From: Dimorphilus gyrociliatus
Taxonomy: Eukaryota > Animalia > Annelida
Length of the DNA: 64,000 nucleotides
Reading direction: 5' to 3'
Assembly (NCBI GenBank): GCA_904063045.1
Contig: CAJFCJ010000014.1
Span: 1,113,643 to 1,177,642 of the forward strand
Positions 45,909-59,013 of this stretch are shown in pieces. The translations under genes and the position numbers were made by a program. Below the pieces are notes generated by a model. The model ran no database searches, was not told the origin of the DNA, and saw nothing but the letters and a program-made list of their open reading frames with translations. Every line of letters begins with the position of its first letter. Position 1 is the stretch's first letter.

Positions 45909-47868
45909 TATTTTGACTTGGAGTTAGATGTTAAATATTAATATTAGTATTTAAAGTTAATTTATTGTATATATATTTTTAATATCAATATATCGTGTTA
46001 AAGATAGTTAATTTAATATAGGCCTAAGGGCGAATGTAACTTTGTCCGACAGCACGTTCATAAATCGTAATTTACGTCACGAACTAGGAAAGTTTTTGAG
46101 CCGGAGGCGGCGGAGGTGCAATCGGTCGTAAAGCGTCGGTAATAAAAGCGTCTCAAACTTTCACCTTCAGAGTCACGACCAACGTAAACGTGACATTCAT
46201 AACCGGTTATTATTTTTCTATTGAGGGCTCGTTTTTGAAGAATAGGTCTCAGGGGGGCTCGGATGTGGAAGTTAAAAGTGTGACGTAGAGAGGAAGAAGA
46301 GAAGGGAGGGAGGGAGGGGGGAGGTAAGAGAAAGTATGGAGAATTTCTTTAATAATCATAGAAAAAATAATAAAATAAAAGTATGTAATTACATACTGGG
46401 ATAAACTTGGAAATATTCTTGTCAAAAATCAAGCGTTGCTGTAATTTAAAACTGTGAGAAAGAACCATCCGTTTTTAATATTTGAATACCTAATTAGCAG
46501 ACAAAGAAAGCTCTGAGAAACTGCATTTTCTCTTTCTTTCATTCTCCTCTTTGGACGAAAAACATGTGCTCAGTCTCTATCTTCTTTAACATCTGCTTTT
46601 TAAGGGCAAATAGAAATATTAAAAAAGGGGACTAATTAGATGGATTACTCTGAAAATTGTGTTGTCCGGCGGCTAATTAAGAGGTAATTAGAGCCGTTTG
46701 GACGGTAGACGGAAAGTGTAATTGGATACGGTCGTTTTTGTTCCTCGCAGGTGTTTACAGCTGCATCGAACTTACCTCCTCCGATGCAGAAGTTTCACTT
46801 TAATTAGCACGACTTTAATCACTTTTTTCGCCTGCATAGACATTCTTTGAGATTTTTATATCTTCCTCTTTTCCTATTCTTCCCAGTGTCGACCTCGTCC
46901 TTTATTTCTCACTCCCGCTAAGACAGTTTCCATTTCTGAATTCAATCCAATATAGATCTGTCATCGCTCAATCGAATAATGTATTATTCTGGTCAGTTTG
47001 ACGCTTTTTTCAACCAAGTAGCTTTTGACAAATGACAATTTCATCTATAATTCCGCTCTCCCGCGAAGGAACCTAAAAAGGCGGGAGAAGATCTCCCGTT
47101 ACCTTTTCAAATAGTTGACTGAAATGAAAAATATTTTGGTGTTCTTTTTTTGGCCCCTTGCTGTTTTTATTCATTCCACTTGCCCTCTCCTCTACGCCCT
47201 CCAATCCACTAACTTAAACTTCCTCTCCAATATTCAACTTCTCAGTCTTTCAGATGACTATCGAACGCCTCCCATAGTACCGGTCAGTTTAGAAAGGACG
47301 CTTAAGCAAGCAGCTGACCGTGAGAGTGGACACGTGTTTCCTAAAGATTTCAATACTAGTATATATGCACGTGCGCTTAAACTGATAATGATCGATTATA
47401 ATTGCATTCTAATTCAGTTTTAACCAGCTTTGTTCGATTTTTTTAGTTATCTATGAATCATTGACAATAAAAAAGAGAGAAATTTGCATATATAGCTTCT
47501 CTTGACTAGAGGCTTATTTTTTTTCTTTATTCAAAGATCTATATACATAATAAGTTTAACAAAACATATGTATAATACGCTCATTAATATTCATGATTCT
47601 TTTTTTTTCTTTTCTCTCTTTTAAAGCGTAGTTATACATAACTATACATATTTATCTTTATAATATTAATAATAAAGAATACATAATGCATATTTATATA
47701 CATACAATTGCAAAAAAAATAAAAATCAATAAAAAAGCGTATTCAATCGTATAAAAGGAAACACCGTGAAATAATTGAACACAGTTTTGAAAGAGTTTTA
47801 TCACAGTCGTCCGCGCATTGAATGACAACGTCACCGTTGTAAATTAATCGCATAAAAAAAAGAAGGTA

Positions 47869-50800
47869 TCACACGTGGCTAGCTTTACATAATTCACTAT
47901 CGTCCCATCGTCTACCATTCAATCGGTTTTGATTGGCCGATTCGATCCGATTAAGCTTACTATCTGAAGCGCCACCATACGACGATGAAGATGTTGATTG
48001 AACGACGTTTAAACCTCTGTGAATCCGAGCCGTTTGTATGCTTTTACCTTTGAAAAAAAGAGACAACATAAGGGAGAATTTATGAAATTCAATACATAAA
48101 AATATATATTCAAGGGCTTTATACTAAGATAAATTTACAGGCAATATGTTATGTATTATCTTTTTTCCCTATGAAAGACAATACTCTTCTTTTATAAGAG
48201 AGACTTACCCTTATTTCGGACATTCAACTTTAGCATTAGCTCCTCTTCATTATCATTTGAGCCCCTTCCGCTATCGCTATCCGCTGACAGAACGCTATCA
48301 TCGTAATTACAGGGAGACTTAAATTGGTCTCCACTCGCCGGAGTGGCTCCAACAACAGAATAGAAGGGCTATTAGAGAATAAAGAAAGAATTAAAAATAA
48401 AATTGACCTATTATTCAATTTTTTTATTATAAGAAAAAACTGCTCTAGTCAGTAGGAGAGTAAATCGCAACTTAAAAAAAGTATAATCTAACATCAACCT
48501 TTATCAATCCCTTCTTTTACCCTTCCTACCCCCTCCTTCTTCTACTTTATCTACTCCTATTCCCCTTTACCCCTGGGCAGGAGAAGGACATAAAAAAGAG
48601 AGAAAAGGAATTTAAATAAAAGAAATAAAGAAAACGGGGATAAAATACTGTTGGAAAAATTTTTTCGTTACTGATAAGGATCAATCACATTCGTTTCGAC
48701 TGAATGAAGGAGACCCCTAGATTCTTTATTCTACCCCTTTCTTGCTTTTAAGTAATAAAGCGTGAACAGTTACAAACCGACTGTATGTATTAATTTATTA
48801 GGGAAGAAAAAGAAAGGAAAATAGTGTAAAGGCGACCGTATCCCGTTGTGATGAACTTTCTGTTTCGAATGGGGATATTTCTCTTTTTTATTGCGGATAA
48901 ACGTCGCGCTTAATTACGCCGTTACAATGCTATTAGCATTAAACTGCGCTTTATGAACGTTCCATTAAGGCGAGAGTCGGTCATAAAAAAAAAGCTGGGG
49001 TTTCTATTTATAATAACTAAGCCAATTTTCAGTGGCCACGGCCAAAAAAAACTATAGCCTGAGGTTATCGTATATATCTCCTCGAGCGAATATTTTCTAC
49101 TTCTCTCCTCCCTCCCCAAAAAAATCTGCTGGATATTGAATGAAAAGAGAAAATATTAGAGTAGGTGAACGAGTGAACACGAGAGGGAGAGAGAGAGAGA
49201 GGGGGGTGGAGAAGAGAAAGAGTAGAATTGAATTGTGAGTACAGTTGAAGCTGTAGCGTCGCACGCACCGATTACGCAATCAGTCGAATTACGTAAACAT
49301 AATGAAATTGTCGTTTATAAGACAGCTGCGAACGTGAGTAGGAATTTATATTTATATGTATATTACACTTAAACGACCGAACAAATATATGCTTGTTTTT
49401 TCTTCATTTTAACCCTTTTTTTGTATGTACACAAACGAAATTTATTGAACAAAATAAAGGAGGTGGGGATGGGAGGGACTAAGGAAGAGAAAAAGGTTAA
49501 GGGGAAGTACAAAAGAAAAGGTGATATAGCGTCTCTTTATTCCTTTATGCAACTTTTTTTTCCTTCCTCTACATATTGTTAAAAACAGATGGAATTGTAT
49601 AAAAACTTAGAGACGCCTTACGGTTTTGAGAAACCATTGCAAAAGAAAAAAAGATCCCTATGTCATTAAGGTTAGCTTACAACAAAACGCGGATTAGACT
49701 GATTTGTTTATTTTGAAAGCTTTGTACTGCGTTTTCTACACCTGCCGGGACTTTGAATAATATCTACGAGCGTATATAATCTATATACGGCGGCAGTCCA
49801 TTAACTTTATTAGAGGTGAAGGCCGTATGTGAAAATTCTTTGACCGTGTAAATTGCATGCATGTGTACACGTAGACGCCGCAAGATGCTGGTAGGGGGTT
49901 GAATATGGTAATATATAAAGTGAAATGCCGCTTTATTATTAACCTTATATAACTTATTCATCATTATATATAGTGAAAGTTGCAAAGACTGGAGGGAGGC
50001 GCATGCAAGCGAGTATCATCTCGGCTGGTTACCCCTTTGATCACAGTTTACGAGGCGAATCCCATTAAATCAGTGTTTTTTGAGCGCGTTCAACAAATGT
50101 TTCTCTCTACTACGTAATTAATACTTAGTCATGCGAAATTCACCACCCCTTTTCTAGATTAATCCTATTGAAATAAGAAGAAAAAAAACCTGTCCCTTTT
50201 TTAGTGATTATAAAAAAATCATGACTTCTCTGAGATGTCTACATGAAACAGAGACGCCAGCCGACGCCTTTCTTGTCTTGACAAACTCCTACTATATTAT
50301 GTATTCGTTTTTATTGTCCGGTATGGGGAGCGAATCGATTCCGGTTGAGGGCAGTACGGAATGCGTTTTTGTTCCATAATTAGCCGAACGATATGCGGGG
50401 CGTCGTTTATAAACGGTTTCTGACGTTTCTTATTCAAAAATATTTGCCAGTTGAAAATATATGCAGATAAAAATATTGACAGGTATTTTCTACCCCCTAC
50501 AGAGTCAGCCTAGCTGAATACAAGTGGCGTAACAGACAAGACCAAGTCGATTTTAAAAAGCTCATGTGTCTCATTCAAAAGATAAAGGGGGGAGAAGGAA
50601 AAAGTTGGTTTTGGGGGCGGCGTGGCGGCGGCTGTTAGGTGGGAGGCTGACTACCTTAGAAAAGAATTGAACGAGCCCCTAGTTTAGGCGATGATTGATT
50701 ATGCCGAGACATTTGGCAGGTAATTATTATACGTTTTCATATAGACGTATATGTTTATAATACGTTGACCAGTTGGAAAATATGCGATCAAACGCGTTAC

Positions 50801-53800
50801 TAATTACTATACGAACGTCAATACTAATAGGGACATTGCGCAATAAGCGACGCCAACTAGAGGTAAATGACGTTCGCGGACGTCACTATAATGCGGTGTG
50901 CAGGTGTATACACGTTTAGAAGACTCTTTGAAGTGACCGGCAATTTGGATCAAGGGAGAGCCACGGTAGACGTCTCTACCCACCCGCCTCGCCTTTTCGA
51001 TTAAAGCTAATGAAGCGAGCTATGTCTGTTTGGAAGAGTCTCTTTGAAAAACTTGAACATAATAGGAAAAAAGAGTGAGAGGAGATAAACGTAAACAACA
51101 TGGAACAGCATCTGTTGCTTAGCCGCGAAACGCCAAAAACAACGTTTATCTTCAAAACAAATCGGATCGAACCCCGACAGATCTTAGCAGGGGTGTGGTT
51201 CTTTTAATACGTAAGGTGTTAGTTAATTAACTAGCCTTATACAAATAATCGAAAGGGAACGGGCTTCCTAAAGGGCTACCATTTGTTTATAAAGTAATCG
51301 GACCGGGAAAAAGAAAGGGAAAGGCAGATGCCCAATGAAGGGGCCTCAGATGAAAGCGGTATGCGCGTTCTCGGCTGGACGTCCCTAGGTACCCTACCTA
51401 CTTTGCCCGCCCAATTTTTTTTGTTCGTGGAAATTTCAACGCGTGCGACTAGGCGAAAAATGGAAAACCCTCGGCGCTCGCCGCGAAAGGTCTCTGAGGG
51501 GTCGGTAGCGCTTCGAAACGGAAAGTGGACGCTAATTGCCCACCCGAGCATGCTATTATATTTTGCGGTTGAGATTACCGATCCGAACCTCCTCTTAACC
51601 CCTTTGTTTACCCGATTGTCATGGTAACTCTAACTGACGCGAATTGCTCTCCTTTTTACTCTTATGTATGGCTAATTAGACGTACCTGATGCGGTTCGTT
51701 ATCCACGGTTTGCGTCTGTAATCCAGCTGATGATGAGAAGACACTCTTCTGATGTCCTAAACGAGAAGCGTACTGCAAATTATTACGATTGTCGCATTTA
51801 ATGAGATAGAAGATAGCAGCAATGAGAATGGCAGCAAGGACACCAGTAATGCTTGTTATAACTATGATAATTATCATATTTGAATTAGACGTAGTTGTCC
51901 CTCTCTTTTGATTGGAGAAAGGTAAAGATTTATCAATAATTATAGTCACATTAGAAGTTACAGAAAGAGGAGTAGGAGAGCCATGATCTCTCACTTCGAC
52001 CGTTAATATATAGCTAACGTATTCAATATCGGAGAATTCTACGGAAGTCTTTAGCCAACCATCTTCCGATAGCTTGAATTTGTTATTATTATTCTTTAGA
52101 AAATAAGATAATTGACCATTTTCTCCATCATCTGGATCTTTTGCTCTTATTCTTACTATCGGATATCCAACTTCAACGTACGATGAAATGCTAACCGTAT
52201 TATTATAATACACCGGAAATATAAATTTTGGTTGATTGTCATTGACATCTCTAATGCGTATCTTCGCCCTACATTTGCCGATTAATTGCTTTCCAGTATC
52301 CCCCTTAGCTAGGATAATAAGATCGTATTCACTCCTATCTTCCCTGTCTAACCGTCTATTTGAATATATTTTGCCGTTGTACTGGTTGATAAAAAATAAA
52401 AAATTGGGATTGTTAGCTTGATCTTTTTGAATTTCATATTGAAATTCACTAAAAGCAGGTGAGTCCTTGTCAGAAGCCTTAACTTCTCCGATTTCCTCTC
52501 CGATATCACCCTTCTGTTCTTCATCAACTTCAAAAATGTAAAGGCTCTTTTCGAAGACTGGTGCGTTGTCATCTACGTCAAGTATCTCGACTATGAGATC
52601 GACACTAGAATTCCTTGGGGGACTCCCATTATCCCAAGCTAGAACGGTTATTTTGTAAAAATCTCTGTCTTCTCTATCGAACTTATAATTAGCTGTCACT
52701 TGACCAGTCCTTGTATTAATCTTGAAGTATTCTGAGAACTCGCCACTCAACGAGTACGTTACCCTACCATAATCTGAGTCCAAATCGGTAGCATTAACGA
52801 TAATTATAGGGTGCCCTAAGTCGTTTTCTTCATAGAGCGACGTTTCATACCTAGGTAGCTTGAACTTTGGTGAATTATCGTTGATGTCAACAATAGATGC
52901 TTGTACTTCTTTCCGCGAGAGGAGCGGCGGGGAACCCTTATCCTGACAGGTAATATTAAACCTAACGGACGCCATCTCTTCTCTATTGAAATTTGTTACT
53001 GTTGTTATTTTATAGTTTTTCTCATTACCCTCATCAAAGAACGGATCTAATAAAAATCGGGAATCGCTTATTTTACAAGAGAAAATTCCTGCATTTCCAT
53101 CGTCCTTATCGCTAACTCGAACTTGAGCAAACAGTTGATTTTCACCAGCCTCTTCTTCAATTTCTATACGAGAGCCAACAGTAACGACACTTATTTCCGG
53201 CCGTTCATCGTTCACGTCTGAAACGTCGATAAGGGCTTGGCAAGTTGTCTGTTTACTGTTAGTAGCCTTATCTGTGACCGTAACTTGAAAGCGTAAGCTT
53301 TTTTCCATCTCGTAGTCTAGCTTAGCGTCAGGTTTAAGGTAAATATTACCGTCGCTGTTTATTCTTATTAAGTCTCCGTACTTTTGTTGAGATTCAGCTG
53401 ATAACGAATATATTAGTTGACTGTTCGGCCCATCGTCGTCCTTGTCTCCCGCCTCGATCTTTATCAAGAGCTCACCGGGATTAAGATTCTCCGGAACGGT
53501 GTTAGTAAACAAGTCTTTCAAACAATGAGGCGGATTGTCGTTGACATCCGTGATCTTAACATTGAAAGTGAAATTTGAAGATCTGGCTCCTTTATCGACG
53601 CAAGTAAGGATAAAGTTTTTGTAAGCAGCGTTCGTTTCACGATCTAGATCATTTGTAATTATTAAAGTAACCTTATTCGGATTGAATCCGAAAGGACTAC
53701 CCGGCGGCGTTTGTAAACGGTAGTTGGAAATTCCATTCTTCGGGCTATCGTAGTCGACCGCCTTTGGCAAACTGAATTCATCGCCTATTTTAGCATCCTC

Positions 53801-54196
53801 AGGAATATCCACAGTTGTTTTTCGCGTTTCCCAAACCGGGGAATTATCGTTTTTATCATTAATGTTAATTCGAACTTTTACAGATTGGATAGCTGTTCCA
53901 ATCGTTTTTGTAACATGTAAGTCAAAAAAGCACTCTACCTTTCCTCGGCACACGTCGACAGCGTCTCTATCGATAACCTTTGTTGTTGTTAATACACCAG
54001 CAGGGCTTAAGTTAAATAATCCAGAGCCTTGATTGAAAGATAGAAAAATTGGCGGAGTCGAACTAGTCGACTTTTTAGTCCTTGATAAATCACCTATTAA
54101 GCTACCGGCTTTTAAACCTTCGAAGACAGAGTAGTTAGCCACCTCTTGAGTTTTGACTACTGCAAATAGGCAGACAAAAGCTGTAATGCAAAACAT
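47869..54196 (-). CDS. Delta-type protocadherin (7 EC repeats, TM, cytoplasmic DSGRGS motif, C-terminal SHV)
   Basis: Exon 1 (51686-54196) encodes the signal peptide, 7 cadherin repeats (DRE/DYE and DxNDNxP motifs, CRGKVEC C-x5-C in EC1) and the TM segment. Exon 2 is 48209-48368 (SADSDSGRGS). Exon 3 is 47869-48047 and ends KASHV*. Splice phases (0, then 1) match. Confidence 0.92.
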
Positions 54197-57100
54197 GTTT
54201 GCGTTGTAAACGTCCAATCCGGAAAAGGGCGTCGAATATATAGGTAGATAGATAGATATTCTATATAAAACTTCAGTCTATCCGCTTAGAATTCAGTTTA
54301 CTTTAACAATATCGATCATATTCTCTTTCTAATTCACTGCGGCTGGCTGCCGTCGTCGAATGACGGCCGATTGTAAAGATAGTCGATAGTCACGTGACCG
54401 TCCTGAATGATGATTGGTTGTTGTTCTGTCAGCTTCTTGAATATTCATCGAATGGTAGTACGAGGATTGAGGCAACGAGCCGGACAATAAACAATCAATA
54501 AAAACAACACTTGAGGTAATCGAGACATATTTTCCTTGTCGTTAGAATATTGGAAGATGAAACACAGAGCGTTCTCGCTCTAATTCCTAGCGACGCGCTC
54601 CTAATAAGATAGGCCTAAGGCAGAATAAAAGGTGAGAATGGAAGGTAGAGAATTGTGCGTGCGAATTTCTATAATACAGTCGATGTTAACCTTCGTAAAA
54701 AAGTCAATAAGATCTGAAAGGTGCTAAAGTAAACTCATAACTCTCAAATAATAGATCATTTTTCCTGAGGTCAAAATCCAAGAAAAAAGCGACGGTCCGA
54801 CATTTATTTACTGCTTAAATCTTGAAGGTATTCAACTCGACACGTCTATCAACACAATCCTAATCCGATGACATGTGTTCACTGCCTATATTCAGTCTAG
54901 TTCCGTATAAAAACTTTGCAGTCTACCATTAAAAACCATCTAGTTCTACCAAAGCCGATATGTATGTATATATTAGTATATGTGTGTTTGTGTGCGTGTG
55001 TTTTTTTTTAAAAAAAAAATTGATTTATTATAAATGAAATACAATAATAATGTATAAATGTTTTAAATATATACAGACTATATGGCGTATAGGTAGATTC
55101 TATTTATATATATAAATGTATGTGTAAATTGTATGCAGATAGAAGAAAAACGGAAGGCGTCTATGACATTCTATGTAGAGAATAACCGTCCGTTGGACCG
55201 TCTCGGATGTCAACTGCGAATAATTACCGATTTTTGTGACTATGCATTTGCCATACCCCCCACAGTACTTTATATATATAATAAATACATTATCCGAGCA
55301 CGAACATACGGGGGTTTCAACCACGTCTATGGATCAAATTATACGAGTTAAAGTATGTATACTATACACTTAAATATAAATAGTATATTCATAAGACATG
55401 GGTAAACAAATAGAGTGTAATAGCTTAAAATATATATATAGATATTTAATATATATATCCAACTACTTTATATGCTATAACACCTAATAATGAAAAGAAG
55501 GAAATCTATAGATACGTAACTAGTTTTCAAGTTTACTAATACTACAGGAAAAGCGAAAGAAAAATACGATTAATCATATATCTCGGAGACTATATAAATA
55601 CGGTAAGATCAAAAAGAGAGATCTTATAAATACGCTTATTCAACTAAAGAATATAAAGTCATAACCGAAAACAACTTCGATAAAGGCCGATTCACGTCTG
55701 ATTTGAGCCGTTCAACAATTAACAATGAGTCTTTTATGGATCGCGTCGGTTTCGAAGGAATACGAACAACTCTCGAATGTCACGGCAAAATTAGCCTATT
55801 ACTGCGACAATAATCATAATAATAATAATGCGTTAGATAATTAATTTTTCATACTATACATCATACATCGTTGATGCCTTAAATGAATAAGACATTTATT
55901 CCTCATCCATTCTAATTTTAATATAAATATACACCTTTCTTTCTCTTCCTTTTATTACCATTATCATTAATACATTAGCGAAGGCCTATAAAAACGGTAG
56001 AAGATCTCGCTTAGTAAAAACGGTAACAGGTTTCTAAGCCGTCCCCTAAAACGATAGTCAACATTGGAAAAATAAGAAGTACGTATCGAGTAGGAATTGT
56101 TTATCGAACCTTTTTTCGAAATAAGTCTTCTGCATACAAGTGCACATAGAAGAGGGTTTGTGACGGAGAGTATAAGTTTGTTTGACTAAGAGATAATTCA
56201 ACATTTTTTATTCTATACCCTATCCTCGAAACCTGCGCAGTTCAATATTAAGGAAAAAGACAGCAGGCATGTTACCTAATCAAGCCATCTTCTTCAATCT
56301 ATTAAAAGCTTTAACCATAAACTTCAATCTTTACAATTTTAACCATGCGAAATGAAGTAGTTTAACGGAAGAGGCACTCTTTCAATGACAAAATTGACGG
56401 AGGCAATAAGGGTTTAGGAATAGAAAGCTCCTCGATATCTGTCACGTGACAAACGACGGTGAAAATGAGTGCATTACATCATAATAACTAGACATTCGAC
56501 ACCCCCGCATGCGTCAAGAGGTGTGACGGCTGCGTTTTTCTCTTTATTTTATTTACTGGCGATGCTAGCTTCGAAACCCATTTACCTACCTTTCGACGTT
56601 TTCCTATAATTCTCCGCATACATATTTAGGGAGTTTGAAAGATCCTTTTTATCCGATCACGTCCACCTATTTGGAATGTTGTTATAATGTTTGGCGACTT
56701 GAAGACTCAGATTCGAATTTATATTTACCGTCTTGTTCAAGTTGACCTTTTTCTTGCCGACGCCTATGGAACAGGTGCGGTCAGTCACGAACAGCAGTAA
56801 TATAATTCCGTATACAATCACGATTTATACGTTTTTGTGTCGCATTCCATATGATAAATATTAAAAATTCAAACAATAACTGTTGGAATGGATGCAATAA
56901 AGGGAAAACCGCAACATCCTTTTTTGAAAAATTCTTATCATAGCTTTACTCTGAATTGTTAGCATTATCATTCTTGGAATCTGAATTTTCCCTGATCTAT
57001 TCCGCCCTCCCCCTATCTTCCTTCTTATACGCCTCGTTAGACTCAAAATATAAGCCAAATAAAGAGGTTAAGAAATGTGGGCGGGATGGACGTTTCGCCC

Positions 57101-58960
57101 TAACAATTTTAAACCCAATTTTTCCCATCATTCATTCAATTCTTGACGCGTCTAGCGGCTACTTACTAAGCGCTACATAAAATATAAAAGGATACGAAAA
57201 CATATTCCGATTCGACAATTCTACATCAAAAGGCCGCCTTCAAAGAGAGGCGAAATTAGAAATCGCCGCCGTTCAAGTATTCAAAAATAGAGGGAAGGCG
57301 GAGAGCGAAAAGAAGAGAGGAGACAGTGCGACAGGCTATGAATTTTACAACGCCTCTCCTATACATTATGTAATTATACGATTCTTCGCAGCGTTCAATA
57401 AAAGAATCTTTCCCCTTAATCGAATCGGTCAAAGGTCGTAAGCAAGCGGGCGACAGAAGCGTCACCTCTTCCTCCCCATCTTCTTCGTTAAGTAAAATAG
57501 GGTTGAGGTTAGACGTTGCTCGGAGCAATAAACGATGGGGATTTTTTCATTGACACAGACCTTTCCCGCCCACCACTTTGTACCAAGTTTTCCGGCCTTA
57601 ATAGCAATACGAAACCGAAACTAACGATAACCCAAACGGATAACGTTTCGGCTAAAAGCGCAACTGATCTCGAAACATATTTCGAGTGCTAGACAAGCTG
57701 TTTTAAAGTGGAAATTCGATACGATCTACACTTTACGGACACATTCCTTTCATAAAAAAAGAAAGGTAGAAGAGCGACTAGTAGAGTTTCATAGTAGCAA
57801 TGTATTGAAAATATACTAAACGATGTTTAAAAGAAACTTTAAAGAAACTCGTAAAAATTTCATTTATTTTTCACACGATACTATAAAACCTTACTATTCG
57901 GAATAAAAAGGTGGAAAAAAATGTATTTAGGTGCAAAAACTGAATGGATGAAAGGAGAATTCAGGAATCTAGGATATTTTTTAAGTAAAAAATAAAAAAA
58001 TAAAAATAAAGTATAAATCGCACAGATGTGCTTTCGTATCTTATAACGCCTCGTTGAACACGCGAGTCATTGTAAAGGCGAGGGAAAAGAGGTAAACATA
58101 TTTTTTTCACATTCCAAAACCACCTCCTCTAACAAAAATAAATAAGGCAGATACATAAACTATTGGGAATAGACCGCTTTTTTCCTTTCTACACTTCTTA
58201 TCTTATTACGTAATATTTTACGGTTTCTTATCATGATAAAATGCAATCAAAACTCTATTGCTCTAGCAACCTAACTAGCATCCGATGGCCGAATTAGTGT
58301 TTGATTAAGAGATTTGGGCAACTAGTGAGAATAAGACTTTGTTTATAGTCTTACGTACCGATTTATCAGTATGGGAAATACGATGATAAAGCGTCGTATA
58401 ACGATTGTTGTTTAGTCGGTGGAATTAACAAAAAAGAAAGGGATTTAAAAAGTGGGTGGAGACGCCTTTTTGTCTGTTAGAATAGACTCTTTAAAGCAAC
58501 AGGTGACGTATTCCACGTTGCCCTTTGAAAAGACTAACAGAAATTAGTTGCTTTTTAATGATAATAGACAGAATCACGACTAAAACGAAAAGCTAATTAT
58601 TGAATCCGATAAAGGGTGGGAGCGTCGATTATTACGTGACTAGGGGAGAAGGGTGGGGTCGGCATTCCCTCTTCCTTCCTATTTGTACCCTCTCATCAAG
58701 AGGAGAAAAGCTCTGTCAGCCGTGCTGTTCTAATGAAAACATTATATAACTTACGTAAAAAGCGTCTAGTTTTCAAGTAACTCACTAGTACTTACTAGTT
58801 CTTTGGCTACTTTATGCTCTCAAAAAAAATCCCGTTTCCTACTTAATTAAATCATTACATAACATTATATAATAGTATGTTATGAACAGTAGAATTTTAT
58901 TACAAATAACTTAATAACATGCCATTATAAAGGGAAAAGGAAGAAGACAAGACGGAAGGA

Positions 58961-58966
<6 letters not shown>

Positions 58967-59010
<44 letters not shown>
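58967..59010. repeat. (AG)22 microsatellite
   Basis: Direct read of the sequence. Confidence 0.95.

Positions 59011-59013
<3 letters not shown>

Noticed and set aside
47115-47423. 102-aa plus-strand ORF downstream of the protocadherin stop
   Set aside because: TTG start, no recognisable domain, no supporting neighbouring exons; probably 3' UTR or intergenic sequence.
51160-51200. GGTTCGATCC B-box-like word on the minus strand (possible tRNA or SINE)
   Set aside because: The T-arm stem does not pair, and I found no A-box or cloverleaf.
51276-51627. Overlapping ORFs in protocadherin intron 1 (51276-51551 minus, 51328-51627 plus)
   Set aside because: Locally GC-richer DNA gives chance ORFs; no domain signal and no clear exon boundaries.
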